Assembly (NCBI RefSeq): GCF_009914755.1
Contig: NC_060930.1
Strand: one strand, 5' to 3'
Source: the human T2T-CHM13v2.0 reference genome, Homo sapiens
DNA length: 64,000 bases
Under the pieces are notes generated by a model. That model did not search any database, was not told where the DNA came from, and saw only the letters and a program-made list of their open reading frames with translations. How positions within the stretch are numbered: position 1 is the first letter of the stretch; each line of letters starts with the position of its first letter. Positions 1-19,333 of the stretch are shown here, one piece after another. The translations under genes and the position numbers were made by a program.

Positions 1-246
<246 letters not shown>

Positions 247-384
247 TTATTAAGTAAAAATTATTTGTGGCATGGTGTTTTGTAGATTTTGCCTGATCCA
301 GAGAAAAGGTAATCAATGCATGTTTATTGACCACATCATTGATTTGTAGGAGTCAAATTATGTTAAAGTAGCCAAAGTTAATCT

Positions 385-752
385 ATCACAGAATCATAGT
401 ATTTTGTGGCTAGAAGATATTTAACAGATGACTTAGTTCAGCTCCCTTATTTAATAGATGGGAAAACAGACTCTGAGGGAGGCCAAGTGGCTTACAGAAG
501 GCTACACAGATAGAAGTTATATATGTTATTTACAGTACATCTACTGTGGTTAAGAGAGGCCTCCTTGCATTTATTTTAGAGCGGAGTTGGTAGAAATAGT
601 TAGATATAGCAGTTTAGAGCATGAGCTCTGGTGTCAGACAGACCTAGAGAAAATTTAAGTAAAACTTAAAATTTACTTGACTATGTATGTGCCCCTGGGA
701 TATTAGTTAATATCTTTTAGCTGTAGTCTCCTTATTGGAAAAATTGGCAAAG
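385..752. mobile_element. MIR fragments
   Basis: TTTAATAGATGGGAAAACAGACTCTGAG and GAGCATGAGCTCTGGTGTCAGACAGACCT MIR core motifs. Other MIR/L2 relics occur near 1500-1770, 7735-7850, 20600-20790, 29500-29820, 53190-53330. Confidence 0.6.
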
Positions 753-782
753 TTAGAGTTCAGTTTAGGGTTAGGGTTAGGG
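753..782 (+). repeat. Short interstitial telomere-like array
   Basis: TTAGAG TTCAGT TTAGGG TTAGGG TTAGGG in one 6-bp register. Confidence 0.7.
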
Positions 783-963
783 CCTCTAAGTTTTAATAAT
801 TGGTAAAGGTTATTATTATCCATTTTGTACCATCAACATGTCAACAGGAGTATAATGACTTAGATGGAGTCATATACTCCTCTCGGGAGAGATATAATTT
901 TTTGATAGAAGCCTGGCCAACATGGCAAAACGCCATCTCTACTAAAAATACAAAAATTAGTCA

Positions 964-1469
<506 letters not shown>

Positions 1470-2365
1470 CTATATGCAAATAATTATGGCAAAAGTAAAA
1501 AGACTTCTTTCCTGGGGTTGTACTCACTGAGCCCTCACCCTGGAATGTTCTTTGCCTAGCCTTCCACACAGTTCTCATCTCCTTCAGGTATCTGCTCAGC
1601 TGGCACCTTCTCAGTGAAGGCTTGCTTGTCATTTTGTTTAAATGGAAACTTTGTTCCCATTTCCTGCTTTATTTTTCTCCATGACACTTACCTCCTAATA
1701 AGTAATTTTCTAATTTGCTTTGTTTATGATCTCTTGTAAATTTCATGAGTCCTAAACGGGTGCTTGGCACATATAATTTTTTTTTTTTTTTCTTGAGAGG
1801 GAGTCTCAGTCTCTCGCCTAGGCTGGAGTGCAGAGGCACAGTCTGTGCTCACTGCAGCCTCTGACTGTTGGGTTCAAGCAATTCTCGTACCTCAGCCTCC
1901 TGAGTAGCTGGGATTACAGGTGTGGGCCACCACACCTGGCTAATTTTTGTGTTTTTTGTAGAGACAGGGTTTCACCATGTCGGCCAGGTTGGTCTCAATC
2001 TCCTGGCCTCAAGTGATCCACCCAGCTTGGCCTCCCAAAGTGCTAGGATTACAGGTGTGAGCTACCACGCCCGGCTGGCATTCAATAAATCTTCGTTACT
2101 TATCCCTAAATAATAAAAAATGTGAATCATAAATCCCACTGTACTTGAGCTACTAGAATTAAAGGAGATAATTATTCTGCCAAAATGTTGTGTTTTAACA
2201 CATGTATCTTCATTTCTTCTAGTGCTTTAATCCTCCTGAATTCCTGGTGTTGGGGCAATAACATGCCATGGTGGGGTTACCTCAGAGTAGGGGGTGCCTC
2301 TTTAAATGCCTGGAGGTGAATGAAAGAAGCTATTCCCAACCTAGCAGCCAGGCTGTGACTTCTGA

Positions 2366-2760
<395 letters not shown>

Positions 2761-3328
2761 TAGAAAAAATTTCTAATGACTGGCTGTTTTCATCTTTCAG
2801 ATTACTGTCTATGACTATAACATAGTATGGGGCTGGGAAAAAATAATCTTCAAAACTCTTTTCAAATATTTAACTTCTATTCAATACAATATTTGGATTT
2901 GTTCAAAAACTATGACCAGGTTTTCTTGCCCTCATCAAAAGCATATTTCTTTCCAGTAGTTTCAATCATAGCTACCCATTATAATTAGGAACTTAAAAAA
3001 TGAAATAACAGTGCTAAGTTCCTATCCAAAGGGAGTAGGGAGACTGGGTTATCAATGTATTTTCAAGCTCCCCAGGAATCTCTAATTTGCTTAAACCAAC
3101 TTCTGCCAAATGAAAGTAATACAAATTGAGCAGTGTTTATCCACTGGGTACAGGCAAGAACCCAAATATAGCTATTTTAGGGTCATTGTGCTGTATAAGG
3201 ATGATATAAGAGCCGGGCGCAGTGGCTCACGCCTGTAATCCCAGCACTTTGGGAGGCTGAGGTGGGCGGATCACCTGAGGTTGGGAGTTCGAGACCAGCC
3301 TGACTAACATGGAGAAACCTCATCTCTA

Positions 3329-3525
<197 letters not shown>

Positions 3526-4997
3526 TTAGGCCTAGGTTAAACAATGAACAAACATCCACTCCTAGGCTGTATGGGGAAAAGAGAAATGTTGTAAATATCT
3601 CTCATTGCAAATGACACTATATTCCTTAGTGTTTTTCTCCTTGGACTTACCTCCAAAAAGGTACCTGACATGAGAGGAAAAAATAGAAATTGGGATTTGG
3701 ATTTTATGCGAGGTTCTAGGAAAAATGTTCCTACTCTTTCCTATACAGGAACTAAGTCAAATTCAAGGCCAATGGGATTATAATTTGCTTTATGCTATAA
3801 TTTGTAATGTTTAACTTTGTTTTAGCAAAAAAGTCTGATATTCAATCTTCCATTAACACTTTAGCCATAGAATCTAGACTGCTACGTGTAATTGTTAACA
3901 AACGCATGGTTTCTTTTCTTTGTTATGAATGGAACTAGACATCTCCATTAACACATTTGCTGTTTTTCTCATGCAGTAGGCTAACTGTACAGTATTTAAT
4001 GGTCTACAGGTTTAAATATTTCTTATATGCCTTGGCTTGCACAGAAAGTGCTTCTGCTAAACCAGTTAATAATCTGGCCATCCCAAGAGTCCAGAATGTT
4101 GAGTTAATTTTTTACGGAGGTTCCCAGATGTATTGGAAGACTCACTCTTGGCAGACCTTGCCAATATTTTTTTTAAGATTACATTTGGCTTTTCTTGTAT
4201 TTGATATGAAACACATGTTAAAAACAATACCTGACAAATATGAAATGCATTTTTCTGCATAAGCAAAAACACCATGAATACAGCTTTTACAAAGTTTTGG
4301 ATGGCAGAGATACAGGGTTTTCACTGCAAAACTGGGTTAGCATTTAGGCAAGTTAATCATACATCTCGACAATGATTCTTTATCCAACATCTCTTTGGTA
4401 TTCAGTGGGCAGGTCATTAGGACTATGAAGAAATAAGTGGGAGAATGTCCAGGGAATGAAAAACATCTATATAACATGTGGAGAAGTGGATAGATTTAGT
4501 GAGTATTCAACTTTAAGAGGTGCAGGTTCTGATCCCAGCCAGATCACTTGAGTTCTTAACTTCTGGGAAGTTAAGAATAATAATGTGAGTCTTTGAGTGT
4601 TTCAAGAAGATCCTGTATTAGTTGCTTCCCTTTGCAGGTATTTTCCACAGCATTTCCATGTGTTTTCTCTAGGTGCTCTGGCAGGGCATCATATGCAGCT
4701 TTATTTTTGCCTTTTCTTTCAGTCTATATTTTCTATTCTATTTATTTTTACAGGGCAATGGGAAATACTGCAATATACTGCAAGTGTCCTTTCTCTTTAC
4801 GTGAATTGAATTTGTATTTTATTGTTTCTTTTTCCAGGTCTAGCCTTAGAAATTTTATAATATGGCCAGGCGCGGTGTCTCACGCCTGTAATCCCAGCAC
4901 TTTGGCAGGTCGAGGCAGGTGGATCACCAGGTCAGGAGATCGAGACTATCCTGGCTAACATGGTGAAACCCCATCTCTATAAAAACACAAAAAATTA

Positions 4998-5129
<132 letters not shown>

Positions 5130-5367
5130 TCAAAAAAAAAAAAAAAAAAAAAAGAAAGAAATCTTATAATATTTACAAAATGTAATTGTGGGCCGATGCG
5201 GTGGCTCATGGCTGATAATCCCAGCACTTTGGGAGGCCGAGGCAGGTGGATCACTTGAGGTCAGGAGTGTGAGACCAGCCTGGCCAACATGGTGAAACGC
5301 TGTCTCTACTAAAGATACAGAAAATGAGCCTGGTGTGGTGGTGCATGCCTGTGATCCCAGCTACTCA

Positions 5368-5604
<237 letters not shown>

Positions 5605-6309
5605 CTAAAAAGAGGAAGTAAATGCCACTGCAATCTGCTATTGAGGTTTCCCTAGATCTGGAATATCAAACATTTCAATTCACACTAAAGTTCAGAATAA
5701 TAATTACTAATAATATTTTTAATGGAGTATTTACAATGGGCCAGGCAGATTTATTGTGTCATTATCTCAGCTGATCCTCAGAAGGACTGAGTGCTCTCAG
5801 TAGTCCCATTTCTGTGGGGAAGGGGAGTCATGGACAAGTTAGCCTTTAAAATCTTATCCAGTCTTTTATTCCTGCTTTCCAGGAGTAAAAGAAAAAAATA
5901 AATAAGTAAAAAGAAAGTGGGCCAGGCATGGTGACCTGTAATCCCAGTACTTTGGGAGGCTGAGGTGGGAGGATGGCTTGAGCCCAGGAGTTTGAGACCA
6001 GGCTGGGCAACATGGCAAAACTCCATCTCTACCAAAAAAACAAAAACAAAAAAAACAAAAAAAAACAAAAAAACACCCAAATTAGCTGTGCACAGTGGCA
6101 CATGCCTGTAGTCCCAATTACTCGGGAGGCTGAAGTGGGAGGATCAATCACCTAAGCCCGGGGAGGCTGAGGCTGCAGTGAGCCAAAATCCTGCCACTTG
6201 CCACTGCACTCTAGCCTGGGTGACAGAGCGAGACCCTGTCTCAAAAAGAAAGAAAGGAAAGAAGGAAGGAAGGAAGAAGAAAAAAGAGAACAATCTTATC
6301 AAGGAAGGT

Positions 6310-7715
<1,406 letters not shown>

Positions 7716-8964
7716 AGCCAAGAAGGAAAAGCATGTTGTCCTAAAGTGCTTTACATTTACTTGCTCACTTTATGCTCACAACATCCCTATGAGGAAGGTA
7801 TAATTGTCACCATCCCCATTTTACAGTTGAGGAAACTGAAATAACTGGGAAAAGTAAATGCAGTTAGCTTTTAATCACTTCATCACATTGACTCCAAATA
7901 CGCACGTACTAAAAGCAAAATGAACCAGGTAACAACTAAAACACATATAGTAAATGAGTAATAAATCTTATTTGAAAATTATACTTTAAATATATTTCTT
8001 TTAACTCTAGTATTTATTACTGCCTTAGTAACCTCTTTGAAATAGAAGACTGAATGGAATTCATTCTTTTTTTTTTTTTTTTTTTTTTTTGGAGACGGAG
8101 AGTCTTGGTCTGTCACCCAGGCTAGAATGCAGTGGCACGATCTCAGCTCACTGCAACCTCCACCTCCCGGGCTCAAGCAATTCTCCCTGCCTCAGCCTCC
8201 CGAGTAGCTGGGATTACAGGTGCCTGCCAGCATGCCCAGCTAATTTTTGTATTTTTGTAGAGATGGGTTTTCACCATGTTGGCCAGGCTGGTCTCGAACT
8301 CCTGACCTCAGGTGATCCACCCGCCTCGGCCTCCCAAAGTGCTGGGATTACTGGCATAAGCCACTGCACCTGACCGGAATTCATTCTTGATAGCATCAGT
8401 ATTTGCTTTCTTCCCAGATAGTACATAGTACTGTTTTTATTATGAATTTTTTTGTGGGAAAATAGAGATGATAAAATAGGAAACCTTTCCACAAAGCTAT
8501 GGTTAATATTAGTTAGAAGTAAATTTTCATTTCTAGAACATAACATTGAAAAAAGGTAAGAGGGGCATAGAGAAGGCAAAAGAATATACTTCTTGAATAA
8601 ACAAGTATTTCTAATGCTTATTATTTATAACTTAGATATCCCCAGACTGTAAACTGTAGAAGAAGGGACTGTGTCCTGAGTTATTCAGAAGCCAATTTTT
8701 TGTGCCTTAGCATAATAGTATAGGAATATTGGCCATAGTAGTCGATCAGTGGAGACTTGTTGAGTGAATGAATGATAGACATGCTTTTTACTTGTATATC
8801 AAGTTATTACTGGGCTCTGCGCAAAGGCAGAAGTGGATCCTATGTAAACAGATACGGGTGTTTGCTTATGATACCTTATTTTTAATGTACCCCAAGATCC
8901 CCCATGGAGAATTTCAAATGCTGTTTATAAAAGGAAAGAAAATTCAGGTCTTGTAGTTGTTCTT

Positions 8965-9253
8965 TTTTTTTTTTTTTTTTTTGAGACGGAGTCTCGCTCT
9001 TTCACCCAGGTGGGACTGCAGTGGCGCGATCTCCGTTCACTGCAAGCTCCGCCTTCCGGGTTCACGCCATTCTCCTGCCTCAGCCTCCTGAGTAGCTGGG
9101 ACTACTGGCGCCCGCCACTGCGCCCAGCTAATGTTTTGTATTTTTAGTAGAGACGGGGTTTCACCGTGGTCTCGATCTCCTGACCTCGTGATCCGCCCGC
9201 CTTGGCCTCCCAAAGTGCTGGGATTACAGGCGTGAGCCACCGCGCCCAGCGCG
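8965..9253 (-). mobile_element. AluYd-lineage element
   Basis: 12-nt left-arm deletion (GATCGAGACC|ACGGTGAAACC) plus GGAAGGCGG and CGGAGATC variants. 18-bp TSD GGTCTTGTAGTTGTTCTT (8947-8964, 9254-9271). Confidence 0.8.
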
Positions 9254-10324
9254 GGTCTTGTAGTTGTTCTTGCTACAAATTACTGGGCCTGCAGAAGAGA
9301 GATACTAGGGAGGAGATTTACAGCAAGGCTTTGTCGCACATATATTGTTCTTGTTCGTCATCTTGACTTGGTCTGTAAACGTCCCTTTCCCTTCCCGTTA
9401 AACTTAACAAGAATAAGCCTGTATCCTGGATTAGGTGGCAAAGGTATTTGAAATAAAAATAAAGAATTTTAAGAAATTAAAAAAGAATAAGCCTGTAGCA
9501 CCCAGATGCATAAAGGAAAATGGATCTAAACAGTTTATTACTTAAACAGCTGCTAAAGTCATCTCATCCTTGTTCCATTTACTCCATAACCACACAAACG
9601 TGACAATTCCATTTAGATTGGTCACATGTGCTTAATGTCTTAAAGGAAATGAATGAATATATTTTCTGAACACTCATGGAAGTGATCCATTTTTATACAA
9701 AATCAATTTTTGAGGGGAAAGGTAATTCCTGATTATCAAAGAAATGGCCAGGGAAGAAAAGATCTGCCCCCATGCTTCATTAACCACCACCAGCAGTTTC
9801 AGGTGGGTTCTTTCAGAAAATGCGCATGCATATACATGAATATATCTGCGGTGAGTTCCTCTTTGTTTGTGTGTGTGCCCAGGTGCTCACATGTACATCT
9901 CTGGTCTTTATTTTCTGTAGAGAATAGTCAGAATGAGGCCCCAGGGTCAGGAATGGAAAAATCAGGTAAAAAGAAAAGAAAACATCTTTTTTTTTCCTTA
10001 AAAAGAAAACATCTTGTTTAGAATTTTTGGAATTTCTTTCTAAGCTTAATCTTTCTTTTATTAACACTTTGTTCTCAACTTAAAGCCATTAAAAAGCCTA
10101 TATGCAAAAAATAAAATAAATCAGCTCAAGGCATAAGAATTTGATATACAGCTGGGTGGTAATTAACAGGACTTGACCTTACAATAATTAGATGCTGAGA
10201 AAGACTGGAGCACAGCAGCTCAGAACACAGCAGTTTATGTAACTCTCCTGGAGAAGAGTTAGGCTTTACCCCTTGATGCTATGAAAAATCAGCCTCAAAG
10301 ATTATTGAGGCAGATCAAAATTTA

Positions 10325-11320
<996 letters not shown>

Positions 11321-11778
11321 ACCAAAATCCCAAAAGATAACTTGGGACTGTGTAGTGGCTTATTACTACATTCCTCAATGATCCAAGCTACTCATTGAAA
11401 ACCTAAAGTGGAAAATGCTTTGTCCACATATATTAAATAATACATATATTTCTTTCTCCACCCTGTAAAAAGAGAGTTAGCAATAATGCTATTTGGTTAG
11501 AATATGCAGTGTGAAAATAAAATGATATTCATAATAATTACACAGAACTAATTTTTTAAATGGCAATATTCAATGCTGGCAAGGGTTCGGTAATGCTGGT
11601 ATTCTCATAGGTTGCTCACTGTATTTTCATTTTTAAAACATTTTCTGAAAGCTATCACAAAATATTTTAGGAGCTTTAAATGCTCAATATTTTTATCCCA
11701 GTTGTCTCACTTTAGGTAATTTATCTCAAATAAATAATTCATAAATCTATATGCACAAAGCCATCTTGACACTATTTA

Positions 11779-12189
<411 letters not shown>

Positions 12190-12341
12190 TTACCTATATT
12201 AAGTTAAATAAAAGAAATCACGATAGAGCTGGGCACGGTGGCTCACGCCTATAATCCCAACACTTTGGGAGGCTGAGGCAGGTGGAGCACGAGGTCGAGA
12301 GTTCGGACCAGCCTGGCCAAGATGGTGAAACCCCATCTCTA

Positions 12342-12692
<351 letters not shown>

Positions 12693-14364
12693 TCAGGCTG
12701 GGTGCGGTGGCTGACACCTGTAATCCCAGCACTTTGGGAGGCCGAGGTGGGCAGATCAATTGAGTCCAGGAGTTCGAGACCAGCCTGGCCAACATGGCGA
12801 AAACTCGTCTCTGCTAAAAATACAAAAATTAGCTGGGTGTGGTTGTGGGGGCCGGTAATCCCAGCTACCTGGGAGAATGAGGCAGGGAAAATTACTTGAA
12901 CCCGGGAGGCAGAGGTTGCAGTGAGCCGAGATGGCACCACTGCACTCCAGCCTGGGCGACAGAGTGAGACTCCACCTCAAAAAAAAAAAAAAATGTATTT
13001 CAGCTGTGTATAGAACAGATAAGTCAATGTAGGAAACAATGTTTATTGTGTTCATGTAGTGGGAGTACGGATGCTCTTGTTTTCTATTTCTTCAATTTTT
13101 AATAATATTTTAATATATTCATAATTTAAAATTTATCTAGCATCTATATCTCTAAGTTTATCTATCTACATACTTTATGTTTTCATTTTTTAACCCTCTA
13201 TCTCTATACTTTAGTATAAAAAGAATAGCTTTGTGAATGTTTAGGAAATGGAGTAGAGAGATGAGTTTCATGATTACAAAACGTTGTATTATTATTAAAA
13301 AAGAAAGATGTGCATTTGAGCCCGCTTTCTCATACTTCTTTCAGTGTAAAACTATTGATGAACTTGAATGCATTTGTATCCCACTTATAGTCTTCAATTC
13401 TAATTTGGTGTTCTGGTAGAGTTTCTCTGGACTTTTGCAAAAATAAAGCTCTCTCATACTAGTTCAAGAGATGGTTCATGTTGCGTCACTGGGTAAAGAG
13501 GAACAGGTAGTGTCAAAGTTCCCTTCTGAGGATTCTCCTTTAGGTCCCATGAGCATCAATCATTATTTCTATTGACTAGTTTCCCCAATAACTTTCTCCC
13601 AAAGTAAATGAAAATCCACATGCCAGGGCAGCACTATGTTGAACTTGTCAAAGACCAATACTGAATATGCCAGACACGGTTATCTTCAGCTACCATTTTG
13701 AAGGCCTGAACCCTCATAGAGGTATTAACGAACTCGAAATTGCATACTTGCATATGTTGTAATCATTTTCACCCTGCTTTCCAAAAAGAAAAAGAAGAAA
13801 AAAGCAATAAATATGGGATTTAAATATAATTCATGCAGAAATAGGCCAAAACATTCCTAAAGACTCTAAATTTATTCCTAATCACACTGATGCCAAACTA
13901 AATTGGCATGGTTATTCTACTAGATTCTGATTCTTTTTTTTTTTGGCCAGAAATTTGCTGGAAAAACACAGAACTGGAAAATCCATCCAAGATTAAACAG
14001 AGGAAAAATATTAGAAAAAAATATTAAATAGAGGAACAAAAACCTATTTTAGTTGTAGTTATAAATTTCTAGAAATTCATCTTTGAATTTAGAGAAATAT
14101 ATCAGTGTCATAGTAAAATAACCTTTATTCTTTATAGACACCCTTTTCTGAAACCAAGCAGTTGTATTCAAAACAAGTCCAAATTTAAGCAAGAAAAAAT
14201 TGTTTTAATAATAGAACATTTTAAAAAACCAATGTATTTCTGGCCAAGAGTGGTGGCTCACGCCTGTGATTCCATCACTCTAGGAGGCCGAGGCAGGCAG
14301 ATCACCTGAGTGATCAGAAGTTCAAGATTAGCCTGGCCAACATGGTGAAACCCCATCTCTACTA

Positions 14365-14568
<204 letters not shown>

Positions 14569-14893
14569 CTAGCTTGTAACTAGAAGGAGAGACAAAAAGA
14601 CCAACTTAAAAATAGTAAGTGTAATGAGAGTATGATGTGAAGGAGCTGTTAAGTGATCTCAAATTAATGGTGCTCAGAAATGTGAACTTCTGGAATTCAC
14701 GTTTAAAGACTAATTGGAGGGCCGGGTGTGGTGGCTCATGCCTGTAATCCCAGTATTTGGGAGGCCGGGGCGGGTGGATCACCTGAGGTCAAGAGTTTGA
14801 GACCAGTCTGGCCAACATGGTGAAACCCCATCTCCACTAAAAATACAAAATTAGCCAGGTGTGGTGATGCATGCCTGTAATCCCAGCTACTCA

Positions 14894-14998
<105 letters not shown>

Positions 14999-15049
14999 TT
15001 ATAAATAGATAAATAAATAAGACTAATTGGAAAACTTGGAAATTATTTA

Positions 15050-15400
15050 GAAGACAGCTCCAAGGATGGCAAAATGAGTCAAGTATTGGAAAAAAAGACC
15101 AATGAGGAGAGGCAAACAAGACATAATTAATTTTCTTGAAGAGAAGACCAAATGACAATTGAAGAAGACAGTCTATGAATTTATAGAGAGCTTTATATAC
15201 AGACAGGGTTGGTTATCATCGCTGAGTATAAAACAAGGGAAACAGGCTTGGTGTGTAGCATAATGGCTTTGTTCGACACAGTAAAGCTAACTAAATGTCA
15301 AAATAAGATGCAGGTGGAGGTTGAGCAGTCTTTTCTAAAGCCATGAATAATAAGATAGCAGCTTCTTTGTATGGCTCTGACTGAAGGTGAGAGATGTGCT
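15050..15400 (+). mobile_element. Degenerate CR1/L3-like fragment
   Basis: GAAGAGAAGAC...ACAGTCTATGAAT...AAAACAAGGGAAACAGGCTTG resembles the L3 ORF 3' region; highly diverged. Confidence 0.35.
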
Positions 15401-15626
15401 ATGTAAGCTTTCACATCGCTTCCAGGGCTAAGATTCAGGTCCTTGGGGAATATCTTCCTGAATTCAGGGAGTTAATGCCAACTCTGAAATCAAATTACTG
15501 GAACATAGTAAAGAAAGCGGGGGGAGGAAGCAACTAGAATCAAGATGAAAATGTAACTTCAAACCCTGTTTAGAAAAAAATAATGAGATTACTTTAAAAT
15601 AATAAAATTTATTATTAAAAATTTAG

Positions 15627-15998
<372 letters not shown>

Positions 15999-17121
15999 TA
16001 GATATTTTAGATAAGGAACAAGATCAAGCATTAAACTGTGAACAAGGTATTTCTAATTAACTAATTTTTTTTTTCAAACACAGCCTTAGGAAACGTGACT
16101 CCAACCATGGAGAGTTTAGGTCAGCCCTGATTTTGAGGCCACATGCTCCATCCTCACAGGTGGGTGAGGTCCCTTAGTTGGTATTGTTTGATGATTCTAT
16201 TAGTTCTTGACTTTTCTGTATATATTTTAATGTACAGTAAAGGGATTGTAGTATTGGCAGGTTTGTCCCAAAATAGACTGTGAGTCAGTTATGAAGGAGG
16301 GGGATTCCAGGAACTAGAATTTAAGAGTGAGGAAGTTAAACACAAATTTACATATGACTCAGTACTAACACATTTTACATAATATTGGGTACTTTCTCTT
16401 CCTGTAATTGCCTCTATGCTTCATTTGTTGTTTTCACCAATAGCCCTAAATAAGTGGTTTTAAAAAACATTAAGGGAGGCTGGTAGATCACGCCTGTAAG
16501 CACTTTTGGGAAGCTGAGGTGGGCGAATTGCTTGAGCCCAGGAGTTCAAGACCAGCCTGGGCAAGATGGCGAAACTCCGTCTCTACAAAAAATACAAAAA
16601 TTAGCTGGGCATGGTGACACGTGCCTGTAGCCCCAGCTACTTGGGAGGCTGAGATGGGAGGATCACCTGAGTCTTTGAGGTTGAGGCTGCAAAGAACAAC
16701 AATCTCCCCACTGCACTCCAGCCTGGATGACAGACCGAGACTCTATCTCAAAAATAAATAAATAAATAATGAATTTTAAACACACACACACACAGACCCA
16801 CACACAACCATTAAGGGATGACTAATTTGGGGTGTCTTGCCAGCAATTCAAATGTCTAAAATAGCCTTATTCTAGCATTGAATGTTAAAGCCTTTTTCTT
16901 TAGACAGACTAATTGCAGAATGAAATGGTTTGCTACCTGTTGAGCTCCAATTCTCCCCTTCTCAAAAAATCAAGAGGCTATGAACTCGCAAGTGTTAATG
17001 GGATTCAGATAGAAGCCATCACTGCTATTTTAAATTTTCCTGTGTCTCCCACTAACATTATATCCAAACATCAAAACATCCACAACAATCATCCCCAAGG
17101 TTGCTGCTGTATTATTTATAA

Positions 17122-17361
<240 letters not shown>

Positions 17362-17494
17362 TAGAGACAGGATTTCACCATGTTGCCCAGGCTGGTCTCA
17401 AACTCCTGAGCCCAGGTGATCTACCCACTCTGGCCTCCCAACGTGCTAAGATTACAGTCATGAGCCACTGTGCCTGGCCTGAAATTAATTTTCA

Positions 17495-17650
<156 letters not shown>

Positions 17651-19318
17651 TTAGCCAGGCGTGGTGGCATGCGCCTGTGATCCCAGCTACTCAGGAGGCA
17701 GAGGGAGGAGAATCGCTTGAACCCGGGAAGGCAGAGGTTGCAGTGAGCCAAGATCGTGCCACTGCACTCCAGCCTGAGTGACAGTGAGGCTCTGTCTGAA
17801 AAACTAATAAATAAATAATATTTTCATAAAATAAACTCAATTTCAGTTACATACAGTTTTTTAGGAAAGTGCTTTTCTTTTGTAGCTTTGTTTTTTCCGT
17901 CCTATTGCATAGTCTGGCTTCACTGAAATAGCTTTCCACCAAAATATTCTCTTCTCTCAAGCAATAGTATACTGAAGAGAACAAGTAAGTTATTTATTTG
18001 CAAGCCCATAGGATTTAAATTAGAATAAACTTGTCCTTGAGAATAATATACTCTAAATAATTCATATGAGTCACAAAATTTTATACCAGAAAAAGTGTGT
18101 AAAAAACATCTTATTCCCCAATATTATGATTCCCTCAGTTTGTATGACTTAATAATTCTTTTTTTAGAGTATAATTGTTCCAGAGTTCAGAAATTTTTAA
18201 AAGAGATTATCTGTATCTCTGGGAAAAGATTGACTTCCAGCTGGAAAGATAATCTTTTCTTCCATTTTCCCACCTTTTGCATCAGAAAAGTAAACAACCG
18301 ATTTCCTGACTAAATACACCTGGATTATTTCTCAAGAGAGCAAGAAATGGGTTGATTTATGCATTAGAAAAGTGACCATAAGGTCGTGGAGAATCAGTGA
18401 CTTTAGATGTAGGAAGGATCTTGGAAATCTAGTTCAACTCCCTCATAAATGACAAGGATTAGATATAAAAAGTGCTTTTAAGAGGCCTATTAGCATCAGG
18501 AATGAGGTAAGTCCCTTTTCAGCATTAATTACAGTAACTGCTGTATAAAGAAAGGGGATTCTGGCAACTGCTCTCCACATGGCAGAAATTCAGGACAGAC
18601 TTGAAATCAAAGAAGTAGGGGCTAAAGTCTAATGAACTGACATAAAACTTTTTTTAATTGGAACTAAAGAATATTAATTCTCTCACATGATTCCCAAAGT
18701 CAGTGTTTTTTTTTTTAATTCTCTCGAAACTTTCATGCATCAAAAGATGGTTCCAACATACAAGCATGGAAATAATTAGTGCTTTTAATTAGTACAACTG
18801 GGAAATAAGGCATACCAGCCTTAATAAGGGTCTCCAATGTGGAACACATTAAAGTAAAAACATTTTTTTCCTAATATCAAAGTGCATTCTACCGACTAAC
18901 AGAAAATGAGTTACTCTGCAAAATGGAGAGTATAATCGGATTCAGAACAAGTTCAATGTATTAAGAAAGGAGATGCCATAAACTGTGGGCCTTGAGAATT
19001 AGATCGTCTCAGACGGCCACCAATCTATTTTTCAGAACACACTATCCATATCGTAGGGTTTAACTATTAAACTGTAAATATTCTAAAATACTTCATAATG
19101 CCTATTTTGTGAATCAGAATTGAAGATGAAAATGGTCAAATATATTAGAAGCATGCTAAACAGCATTTCAGAACAGTCTAACAGCTGAACGCATACTTGG
19201 CAAGAAGAGAGCTGCTGTCACATTACCTCAGACCAACAGTAGCAAGCACATCTGGAATCCTAATGATCCCAGGAGCTTTTGGGCATTTGAAGGACAGCCA
19301 TCTGGTGCAAAGGAAGTC

Positions 19319-19333
19319 TGGACAAAGTGTCCC
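19319..19333. promoter_or_regulatory. Candidate glucocorticoid/mineralocorticoid response element
   Basis: TGGACA AAG TGTCCC fits GnACAnnnTGTnC in a repeat-poor stretch. SGK1 is a known GR/MR target. Motif evidence only. Confidence 0.35.
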
